Assembly: GCA_903885795.1 (NCBI GenBank)
Contig: CAISJV010000027.1
Location: 22,943-86,942 of the forward strand
DNA: 64,000 bases
Source: an uncultured delta proteobacterium
Lineage (GTDB): Bacteria; Desulfobacterota; Syntrophia; Syntrophales; UBA8958
Direction of reading: 5' to 3'
Shown one piece after another: positions 56,596 through 64,000 of this stretch. Both the position numbers and the translations under genes were made by a program. How positions within the stretch are numbered: the first letter of the stretch is position 1; each line of letters begins with the position of its first letter. The notes under the pieces are model-generated. The model did no database searches, was not told the origin of the DNA, and saw only the letters and a list, made by a program, of their open reading frames with translations.

Positions 56596-59196
56596 TTACT
56601 TGCTCCCCTGGAACCCTCCGACTGCACGGCCGTAAGCTGAGTCGCCGGCTTTCCAGACGCCGCCTATGTATTTTCCTGCATCAGCCTTGTTTCCGTAAAC
56701 AGTCCCGGAGGCGCCCTTTTCGGTGGCAGTTCCTATGCCGTTGATCATCCAAGTACCGGAACTAGGGTTGATGGTAAAGGTGCTCGTCTGACCGGTCCCA
56801 CTGTTGAAGCTCCCACTGGCGCCTGCTATAGCGACGCTGTTCCCACCGCCGGAAACGTTGACGTTGAAGCCGGTGACGGCCGGGCTTGCAAAATTGACAG
56901 TGCCGCTGAAGGTTCCGGTCATGGCCGTCCCGGGACTGTTACCCACGAAGTACGTCCCCCAGGCGTTGCCGCTATAATTGGCCGTAATCATGTTAGACTT
57001 CAATGTAGCCATTTCGCTGTCCGTTGTCGCACTGCCCCAGACGTAGGCCCCTTGATTCATGAAGTCATAACTCGATCCGCTACCGCCCATTGACATGGTG
57101 TTGCTCTGCGTCCAGGTTCCCCATTCCATATATTCATTGGAGCCAACTTGGGAGATCGTGACGGGCTGACTTCCCGTCCATGTGCCACCACTGGTACCCA
57201 ATGCTACCATGTTCTTTGTTGCGCCCGTTCCGTCTATTTGGGTGGAATAGGTGTTGGCGTTATTCATGGCGTAGGCGTTGCTCGATTTGAAGTCTTCTAG
57301 CCCCGTGGTCAAATACGTATCCGCATAAGATCCCCCCGTGTACTCGAGCATCCCTGCAAAGTGGCCCATCTGTCCCATTTGTATAACGGATTTATTGCCC
57401 TGGAAAACACCGACGGCCCCCGTATTGTTAGTACTATTGCCCATGCCCCAGGCGCCGCCCATGTTGTCGCTGCTGGGCCCGTAGAGGGAGCCGTTTAAGT
57501 AAGTCTTGTCGGGGGTAACGCCGTTCAGGTTCCAGGTGCCGGTGCTTTGTCCCATTTGGAGGGAGGCGTCACTCGCGATAGTTCCGTAGGCGCCGTTAAT
57601 GGAGGCGTAGGCCCCGGGGCCCGAAACGTCAAGTTTAAAATTGGTCACTCTGGCGCTTGTGAAGTTTACATCGCTGCTGAAGCTACCCGTCATATTTATG
57701 CCCCCCGCTGATGTCCAGTAGGTGCCATAGGCAGGACCGCTGTAGGTTGCTACCACTGAGGCTGTCACCAGGGAAGGCGTATTGTAGCCGGAAATCCAGT
57801 AGGTCCGGTTGTCGAAGGCGTAGCTGGTGTTATCGACGGTAAAGGAACCCGGGACCGTCGCGTATCCCCATTCCATGTATGAGTTTTCTCCAATCGTGGT
57901 GCTGGAGATAGCGGAACTCAACTCTCCCGAGTTTTTGGTCCCTGAATCGAAAACTACCCACTTCAAGGTGGGGGTGCCGAATCCTCCCCCGCCGCTGTTG
58001 CCTAGAACCCGGGTATAATCCGTGCTGCTTTTAGCCCCTTCAGCCCAGATATTGGAATTCATGTCGTAGCGGTAGCGGCTGCCGAATCCCTCCATGAGGG
58101 TGCCACCCGTGAGGTTCGAAAGCATAGTTGCGAAGTACCCGACTTTGTTGCCCGAGGCGTTCGTTTTCGGGTCTGTCACGGGATCTTTTGCGGCGGCCTG
58201 TTGTTGTAAGATATTGTCATTCTGTTGCTGGGCTATACTCGATGTGTCAACCGTATTGGTTGTCGGAGCCCCCGTGCCGTCCGCAGTTGTTCTCGCATTC
58301 GGGGCGTTGCCGCTTGAGCTACCGCCACTGCTCTGGCCGTCGCTGCCTCCGCCACCCGGCGGCGGCACGTTTGTTTCGGCCTGGAAGCGCTGGGAAACCT
58401 GGGGGGGAGTAGGCATGAGAGTTCCGATTCCCAGGGGAGAGGACGACACCGTCTGCCCTGGTCCCACGTTCTGCGTTCTTCCGTCCACGGTCGAAGTGAC
58501 GGCCACCGTGCCATCGAAGCCGTGGACTGTCGTCGTGATAACCGGCGGCTGGTTCGCCTGGGCCAAAAGGAGGTGGCGCCCCCAATCGTCAGAGGCGTCG
58601 GCAAGAAGGAGGGGAAGCGCCCCGAAAGTCTTTTCGCCTTCTATGGTTACCTCCATACCGAATTTCGTCCCTCGGACGCCGGCAACGGCAGTCGGGCTTC
58701 CCACGGTCATGGTCGTGCCCTTCTGGCTGAGGAGGCGGATCGCATAGAACATGGCCTTGCCCCGGGCCATGGAGAGGTCAGATTTCTTTTCTGTCATGTT
58801 TTTATTTCCCGTCACCTCCTTGACGGTTATGCGGGTATGGTCACCGAGGGTGATGATGTCGTTGTTAAGGAGCTTGACGCGGCATTTGGAGGCCTTCAAT
58901 GTAAGGACGATATCCTGCTCGTAAAGTTTGTCGCCGTTTGCCGCAAAATAGGCCTGGCTGAGATCACCGCGGGCCACGACCACATGGCCTGTAGCCGTCT
59001 GAATCACCCCGGCTTCTTTGGTCTTTCCCGGTAGGAAGTAGTCCTTGACGCTGACGTTCTTCAATTCCCTGGGCAGGGCATCTGCAGGGGCCACGCGACC
59101 CCGGTTCTCAGCGGCGAGGCTGACGCCAGCCATCCCTACGCAGGCGATGATCGTGACGAGGATGATCAGGGTGAAAATACGCTTGTGGCAGTTCAT
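56596..59196 (-). CDS. secreted (possibly lipidated) protein: N-terminal FecR domain, Gly/Ser/Pro-rich linker, two TbpB-like handle + beta-barrel lobes
   Basis: 866 aa. FecR-like sequence (VIQTATGHVVVARGD...GDKLYEQDIVLT...GTTMTVGSPTAVAGVRGTKFGMEV). Linker PPPGGGGSDGQSSGGSSSGN. Two copies of the pattern YMEWG-x-(W/A) ... A-x-YSG-x-A-x-GTY ... MTG-x-FS-x-x-VNF-x-x-x-x-VT-x-F ... GG-x-W ... AVG-x-FQG-x-K. Confidence 0.7.
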   Translation of the reverse strand: MNCHKRIFTLIILVTIIACVGMAGVSLAAENRGRVAPADALPRELKNVSVKDYFLPGKTKEAGVIQTATGHVVVARGDLSQAYFAANGDKLYEQDIVLTLKASKCRVKLLNNDIITLGDHTRITVKEVTGNKNMTEKKSDLSMARGKAMFYAIRLLSQKGTTMTVGSPTAVAGVRGTKFGMEVTIEGEKTFGALPLLLADASDDWGRHLLLAQANQPPVITTTVHGFDGTVAVTSTVDGRTQNVGPGQTVSSSPLGIGTLMPTPPQVSQRFQAETNVPPPGGGGSDGQSSGGSSSGNAPNARTTADGTGAPTTNTVDTSSIAQQQNDNILQQQAAAKDPVTDPKTNASGNKVGYFATMLSNLTGGTLMEGFGSRYRYDMNSNIWAEGAKSSTDYTRVLGNSGGGGFGTPTLKWVVFDSGTKNSGELSSAISSTTIGENSYMEWGYATVPGSFTVDNTSYAFDNRTYWISGYNTPSLVTASVVATYSGPAYGTYWTSAGGINMTGSFSSDVNFTSARVTNFKLDVSGPGAYASINGAYGTIASDASLQMGQSTGTWNLNGVTPDKTYLNGSLYGPSSDNMGGAWGMGNSTNNTGAVGVFQGNKSVIQMGQMGHFAGMLEYTGGSYADTYLTTGLEDFKSSNAYAMNNANTYSTQIDGTGATKNMVALGTSGGTWTGSQPVTISQVGSNEYMEWGTWTQSNTMSMGGSGSSYDFMNQGAYVWGSATTDSEMATLKSNMITANYSGNAWGTYFVGNSPGTAMTGTFSGTVNFASPAVTGFNVNVSGGGNSVAIAGASGSFNSGTGQTSTFTINPSSGTWMINGIGTATEKGASGTVYGNKADAGKYIGGVWKAGDSAYGRAVGGFQGSK

Positions 59197-59214
59197 CGTA
59201 ACCTCCCGTGATAA

Positions 59215-60672
59215 TCAGAAATAGAACCCGACACTCAAGGTGTAGGTCTCTTTGGTAAAGCTGTAAAGCTCATCGTTTGAATGATTGTCGATATAGTTGA
59301 AGGCAAAGGATGTAAAATAATGCTTCAGGAACTCCTGGCTTACGACGGCGGAGACGCTTTGACGGCGGTCCACCCGGGAGTCATTATAAAGGACGGGCGC
59401 CGCCTTGTAGTTTCTTTCGCCGAGCTGGTATCTCAGAAAGAAATCCGTCTTCGTAGGAAAGCGGGTATAGTAAGATATTGCCCCATAAGGCGCCGTATAG
59501 GTGAAGTTTCGGGCATCAGCGATGGATAATTCATAGCCGATATTAAGGGAAACGATGTGGCGGCGGTTCATGAAAAAGAAGTTCGGTGTGATCTCGTAGC
59601 GCGTCGTAGTATTGTTCAGGTTGTAGTTGTCGCTATCCATGAAGCTCTCCTTGCTCCATGAAAACAAGCCCCTGACACTGAAATAAGGCGTGAAATAGTG
59701 TTCCATGGTCGGCCGGAAATAAGAAATACTTGACAGTGGTGAACTGCCATACTCCTGTTTGGCAAAACCAACGGGCAGTTTCAGGATGTCGTTTGGTCCC
59801 ACCCACCAGGGGCCCGTCGAGACGTCTCCGAGGAGGTAGTTGTATTGCCCGTAGTGGAAATAAGCCTGGTTGTAAACATCGGCAGTAGTATTCCACATGA
59901 AACCCCCTTTATCTCCGAAATCATAGAGGACGTTTCCAGAGAAATTCTCGATGGAGGCCCAATCGCCAAGCTTTTTCGTTTCGTCTTTGAGGGTCAGGGT
60001 TCCACCGGTCACAGAGAGTTCCTTCTGGTCCGGTCCACTCGATATATTGCTGTCCCATTGGAAACCCTGGGAGAATCGAACATTCCAGAACACAGTTTTG
60101 GTGCTTTCGTCGATCGCGGCAAGAAGGCGGTCGATATTTTTTTGGACATCTTGCGGCGGCTTGGACTGCTTGACGATTTCCAGTTCCCGGCGGGCCTCGT
60201 TGTATTGCTTCGCCTGGAAATAGGCCGCTGCCAGTTCGAGGCGTACCCGGTGCAGCCCGGGGTCAATGGCCAGCATCTTTTGAAATTTCACGATGGCAAG
60301 CTTCGTATCCCCGGTATTCATGGCGGATGTTCCCAGCCACCACATGAGATCCATCGTTTCCACGTCGGCGGAAATGCTGTTGAAGATGGGCAGGGCTTGG
60401 GCAAATTTCCCGTCGTAATAAAGGGTCAGGGCCTCTGCAAGCTTGTCATCCAGGCTTGCCACCTTTTCCGGCGACATCTTGCGAAGATTTTCGACGGCCT
60501 CCTTGTTGGTCGTCTGGAAATCCATATCCCCGGTGGGCTTTTCCGTTTCTGCCAAGGCCGGTGAGGTGTTGGGCGTTTGGGAATGGGCCTTTACGGTTAT
60601 GGTGAGGTTAATGGAGGTAAGGAGGATAAAGCAGAGCAGATATGGAAAAAGCCGTTCATACATGAGAGTCAC
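59215..60672 (-). CDS. Slam-like outer-membrane protein (N-terminal TPR region + DUF560-type beta-barrel)
   Basis: 485 aa with a signal peptide. TPR-like helices (LTLYYDGKFAQALPIF, AIVKFQKMLAIDPGLHRVRLELAAAYFQAKQYNEARRELE). About 300 aa of amphipathic beta-strand sequence ends ...FNYIDNHSNDELYSFTKETYTLSVGFYF. It sits 18 nt upstream of a TbpB-like gene. Confidence 0.55.
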   Translation of the reverse strand: MTLMYERLFPYLLCFILLTSINLTITVKAHSQTPNTSPALAETEKPTGDMDFQTTNKEAVENLRKMSPEKVASLDDKLAEALTLYYDGKFAQALPIFNSISADVETMDLMWWLGTSAMNTGDTKLAIVKFQKMLAIDPGLHRVRLELAAAYFQAKQYNEARRELEIVKQSKPPQDVQKNIDRLLAAIDESTKTVFWNVRFSQGFQWDSNISSGPDQKELSVTGGTLTLKDETKKLGDWASIENFSGNVLYDFGDKGGFMWNTTADVYNQAYFHYGQYNYLLGDVSTGPWWVGPNDILKLPVGFAKQEYGSSPLSSISYFRPTMEHYFTPYFSVRGLFSWSKESFMDSDNYNLNNTTTRYEITPNFFFMNRRHIVSLNIGYELSIADARNFTYTAPYGAISYYTRFPTKTDFFLRYQLGERNYKAAPVLYNDSRVDRRQSVSAVVSQEFLKHYFTSFAFNYIDNHSNDELYSFTKETYTLSVGFYF

Positions 60673-60821
60673 CTTAAAGAATGTTTGGAATTATTTCCGT
60701 TTTTAACAAAAAATGTTCCAAATGCTCGCACGCTGCAAAGGACACAAAGAAATCATGACGCCGTATGGCAGCAATGACTTTTAATGGCGGTGAACCTTAC
60801 CTCCCTTGCTTTGTGTCTTGT

Positions 60822-60851
60822 CATATAGAGTATACTTCATGAAATTGTCAA
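60822..60851 (-). promoter_or_regulatory. candidate sigma-70 promoter of the Slam-like operon
   Basis: Minus strand reads TTGACA, an 18-nt spacer, then TATATG. It lies ~150 nt upstream of the 60672 start, in the 234-bp gap after tsaC. Confidence 0.35.
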
Positions 60852-60906
60852 TAGGTTTATATGCTTCAGCATGAAATTTTGAAATAAATATTTGAAAGAA
60901 TTGTAT

Positions 60907-61539
60907 TTACCTCCTCAAGGCGACTCTGAGCGCTGCGTCTTGGATCGCCCCTTCCCGAAGCAGGGCCGGGGGATCGGCGGTTACGTCAAGAAAAGTCGAT
61001 CCCCTGCCGCCAGGGGTGGGGCCGCCGTCGATGACAGTGATTTGCACGTTTGTCATTTGCCCCCTGACCTCTTCGGCGGATGTGCATTCTCTTTCCCCGG
61101 AAAGATTCGCGCTGGTGGCGGTGATCGGACGGCCAAGACCTGCGGCTAGGGCATTGGCGATGGGGTGGCTGGAGATGCGAACTCCAATTTTACTGGTACC
61201 TGCCGTCAGACGCGGGCTGACCGATGGGGATGCCTCGAATACTATGGTCAAAGGCCCTGGCCAGAATGCAGTCATAAGTGTTTTGGCTTCTTCCGGGATG
61301 TTGTTCGTAATTAGATCAAGATCATCCTTTTTGGAAATGATCAGGGCGATGGGATTATTAAATGAGCGTCCTTTGATCTCAAAAATGCGATCAACAGCCC
61401 CTTCGTTCGCAGCATCGGCGGCGAGGCCGTAGAAGGTTTCCGTCGGGAAAGCGACAACGCCCCCTGCTTTTAATATTGTCACCACCTTTTCAATACTTGA
61501 GGGAGCAATATCGTTGGGATCGATATAGATAATGGCCAT
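60907..61539 (-). CDS. tsaC: L-threonylcarbamoyladenylate synthase (YrdC/TsaC family)
   Basis: 210 aa. [20 protein letters not shown]....P, SANLSGE. Confidence 0.85.
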   Translation of the reverse strand: MAIIYIDPNDIAPSSIEKVVTILKAGGVVAFPTETFYGLAADAANEGAVDRIFEIKGRSFNNPIALIISKKDDLDLITNNIPEEAKTLMTAFWPGPLTIVFEASPSVSPRLTAGTSKIGVRISSHPIANALAAGLGRPITATSANLSGERECTSAEEVRGQMTNVQITVIDGGPTPGGRGSTFLDVTADPPALLREGAIQDAALRVALRR

Positions 61540-61545
61540 AAATTA

Positions 61546-62058
61546 TCAAGACCTGATCCCCATAAGATTATCGTGTTTTAACGCCACATCCCTAGCCATA
61601 TCATCCACGAACTTTATCAATTTATTTCGCATGCTTTCATTTTCCAAGGCCAGAATCCTCACGGCGAACAAGGCCGCGTTTCTGGCCCCGGCCTTACCGA
61701 TGGCCATTGTCGCCACCGGAATGCCGCCGGGCATTTGTACGGTTGCCAGCAGCGCGTCAAGTCCCCGCAGAGATGTCGCATCGATGGGAACACCAATAAC
61801 TGGCAGCAGTGTTTCGGAGGCGATAACGCCGGCCAGGTGGGCCGCCGCCCCGGCCCCGACGATGATGACCTTTATTCCCCGTTGAGAAGCGTTTTTTGCG
61901 AACGTCGTCGTCCGCGCGGGGGAGCGATGGGCCGAAGTCAGGAATAATTCGTAGGGAATATCAAACTGCTCCAGGATTTTTGTGGCTTCTTCCATAACCG
62001 GAAGATCGGAGTCGCTTCCCATAACAACGCTGACGATGGGTTTGGCTTTAGGTTTCAT
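61546..62058 (-). CDS. purE: 5-(carboxyamino)imidazole ribonucleotide mutase
   Basis: [22 protein letters not shown]...TSAHR.P..., [14 protein letters not shown]. Start is at 62058, 9 nt after GGAGGA. The longer track ORF runs into a repeat hairpin. Confidence 0.9.
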   Translation of the reverse strand: MKPKAKPIVSVVMGSDSDLPVMEEATKILEQFDIPYELFLTSAHRSPARTTTFAKNASQRGIKVIIVGAGAAAHLAGVIASETLLPVIGVPIDATSLRGLDALLATVQMPGGIPVATMAIGKAGARNAALFAVRILALENESMRNKLIKFVDDMARDVALKHDNLMGIRS

Positions 62059-62108
62059 TGATACGATTCCTCCTACAACTTTAGAGATCACGTGTTCGTA
62101 AATAAGTC

Positions 62109-62215
62109 CCCTTATCCTCTCCACGGGGAGAGGGTAAGGGCGGGGTTTATGTAGTCATTCCTAAATCTTAACCCATCCCCACCCCAGACCTTCCCTTGAA
62201 GGTGAGAGGGGAAAT
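62109..62215. repeat. G-rich interspersed repeat, copy 2 (inverted), plus an adjacent 14-bp-stem hairpin
   Basis: Hairpin cccttatcctctcc-acgg-ggagagggtaaggg (62109-62140). Positions 62165-62215 are the reverse complement of the 48.7 kb element, with core ttaacccatccccacccca at 62168-62186. Confidence 0.75.
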
Positions 62216-62219
62216 CTAT

Positions 62220-63788
62220 TTAGTGTTTGAAATGCCGTTTCCCCGTGAAAATCATCGTGATGCCGTGTTCATTTGCCGCCTGGATGGCCTCTTCGTCCCG
62301 GACGGAACCGCCTGGCTGGATGATGGCCGTAACCCCCGCTACGGCAGCCATGTCAATGCCGTCCCGGAAGGGGAAGAAGGCGTCCGAGGCCAGGACTGTT
62401 CCCTCCGTGGGCAGCAGTGACTTCATTTTGGCGATCTTGACGGAATCCACCCGGCTCATCTGGCCGGCCCCGACGCCGACGAGCTGATCCTTCGTAGCGT
62501 AGACGATAGCGTTGGATTTGACATGCTTGACGATCCGCCAGGCGAAATCGAGGGCCTGGTATTCCTCTTCCGTGGGCAGCCTCTTGGTGACGATCTGGGC
62601 CTTGCGGATGTCGAGATCATCTGTATCCCGCTCCTGGATGAGCAGTCCGCCAATAACCCGGCGAAAATCATAGCCTGTATGGGAGGAGGGGACGCTTTGA
62701 GGAATTTCCAGGACTCGGACGTTTTTCTTGGCCCCGAGAATGGCCTTGGCCTCATTGTCGAAGGCGGGGGCGATGATCACTTCTAGGAAAACCTTGGCTA
62801 ATTCTTCCGCTGTCTTCGCGTCCACGGTCCGGTTGAGGGCCACAATGCCGCCAAACGCCGACACGGGGTCAGTCTTCAAGGCCTTCTGATAGGCTGTCAC
62901 GAGATCGCCGTCCGAGGTCGCGGCGCCGCAGGGATTGGCGTGCTTGATTACCACCGCCGCCGGCAGGTTGAAATCCGAAACCATCTGCCAGGCCGCGTCG
63001 GAGTCCATGATGTTATTATAGGACAATTCCTTGCCCTGGAGCTGCCGGGCATTGGCGACGGCCGACAGGAGGGGATTATTTTCCGTGTAGAAGGCCGCCT
63101 TCTGGTGGGGGTTTTCCCCGTAGCGGAGATCCTGGGCCATGGCGAACTGGAAGGTGTAGGTTTCCGGGAATTCCTTCTTGCTGCCGTCGGGGTTTATCTT
63201 GCCGAGATAATTGGAGATGGCGCCATCGTAACGGGCCGTTAACTGAAAGGTCTTGGTCGCCAAGCGGAAATTTGTCGTTTCCGAGATCTTCCCGCCGGTC
63301 CGCTGCATTTCCTCAATTATTTTTGAGTAATCGCCGGGATCAGTGACAACACTGACGAAACGGTAATTCTTGGCCGACGCCCGGAGCATGGTGGGGCCGC
63401 CGATATCGACGTTCTCCACTGCTTCTTCCAGGGTGCACTCCTCTTTGGCCACGGTATCCTCAAAACGATAGAGATTGATGACGACCATGTCGATGAGGTC
63501 AATGCCATGGGCCTGCACAGCCTCGATATGTTTGGAATTGTCTCTGAGGGCGAGGAGTCCGCCGTGAATCTTGGGGTGAAGGGTCTTGAGGCGACCGTCC
63601 ATCATTTCCGGAAAGCCAGTATAATCGGACACATCACGCACTTCCAGACCGCTTTTCCGCAACTGCGCCGCCGTCCCCCCCGTAGAAAGGATTTCCACGC
63701 CAAATTTATTTAATTCCCTGGCAAAATCGATGATGCCATATTTGTCGGTGACGCTGATCAGTACCCGCTTGATGACGTTCAAATGCAT
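62220..63788 (-). CDS. purH: bifunctional AICAR transformylase / IMP cyclohydrolase
   Basis: 522 aa. [43 protein letters not shown], and a C-terminal ...TGKRHFKH. Confidence 0.95.
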   Translation of the reverse strand: MHLNVIKRVLISVTDKYGIIDFARELNKFGVEILSTGGTAAQLRKSGLEVRDVSDYTGFPEMMDGRLKTLHPKIHGGLLALRDNSKHIEAVQAHGIDLIDMVVINLYRFEDTVAKEECTLEEAVENVDIGGPTMLRASAKNYRFVSVVTDPGDYSKIIEEMQRTGGKISETTNFRLATKTFQLTARYDGAISNYLGKINPDGSKKEFPETYTFQFAMAQDLRYGENPHQKAAFYTENNPLLSAVANARQLQGKELSYNNIMDSDAAWQMVSDFNLPAAVVIKHANPCGAATSDGDLVTAYQKALKTDPVSAFGGIVALNRTVDAKTAEELAKVFLEVIIAPAFDNEAKAILGAKKNVRVLEIPQSVPSSHTGYDFRRVIGGLLIQERDTDDLDIRKAQIVTKRLPTEEEYQALDFAWRIVKHVKSNAIVYATKDQLVGVGAGQMSRVDSVKIAKMKSLLPTEGTVLASDAFFPFRDGIDMAAVAGVTAIIQPGGSVRDEEAIQAANEHGITMIFTGKRHFKH

Positions 63789-63871
63789 AAATTATCTCCC
63801 TGTTTTTATTATAGGTACATGCAAACTAACCAGTAGCGAAAAAGATTTTTGAGCCGCTGCGAAGCCGTTTC

Positions 63872-64000
63872 TCAGAGGTTTCCTCGTATGGCCTCCATGT
63901 GGCGGACCCGCTTGTCGATGAGGGCTGCCGTACCGATGTCCGACCGGTGGGCGACGGGCCCCTGAATAGCGGAGACGGCATTTTCAGCCATGATTTCGGC
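63872..64000 (-). CDS. 3' end of an unidentified gene (last 42 codons only)
   Basis: Hand translation of the minus strand: AEIMAENAVSAIQGPVAHRSDIGTAALIDKRVRHMEAIRGNL*. The frame is open to the window edge. Too short to assign a function. Confidence 0.3.
   Translation of the reverse strand, partial: AEIMAENAVSAIQGPVAHRSDIGTAALIDKRVRHMEAIRGNL

Overview
This 64 kb window is a chromosomal segment. From gene content alone (inference), it comes from a strictly anaerobic Desulfobacterota, probably Syntrophus/Syntrophales-like. The supporting genes are a flavodiiron protein-rubredoxin-rubrerythrin set, a GcdA/MccB-like carboxyltransferase, a glutaconate-type CoA-transferase and pyrR-pyrB-pyrC. I count about 60 tightly packed protein genes, many joined by ATGA start/stop overlaps. 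I recognised no rRNA, tRNA, CRISPR array, transposase or integrase.

Housekeeping backbone: mutS, glyQ-glyS, recO, pyrR-pyrB-pyrC, lepB, secD-secF-yajC, tgt, queA, queD-folE2-nadE, proB, obg, rpmA, rplU, purU, hpt, tsaC, purE, purH.

Most interesting content, in order:
1. A minus-strand operon at 55.9-60.7 kb encodes a Slam-like outer-membrane protein (TPR region plus DUF560-type barrel). It also encodes an 866-aa FecR-domain protein with two TbpB-like handle/barrel lobes, and a Skp/OmpH chaperone.
2. An MgtE cytoplasmic-sensor-only protein is paired with an NRAMP homologue whose metal-site residues are of the NRMT (Mg2+) type.
3. A secreted four-blade hemopexin-like protein is translationally coupled into an O2/ROS detoxification operon.
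4. A biotin-enzyme cluster has no biotin carboxylase.
5. A hydantoinase-family/HDAC-family/CMD operon has no obvious pathway.
6. A GT2-methyltransferase-GT4-TMTC-like glycosylation cassette is present.

There are also three small interspersed repeat families, a PyrR-type attenuator leader, and a rubredoxin gene missing from the ORF track.

All functional calls rest on motif recognition by eye in the supplied translations. No database search or computation was run.
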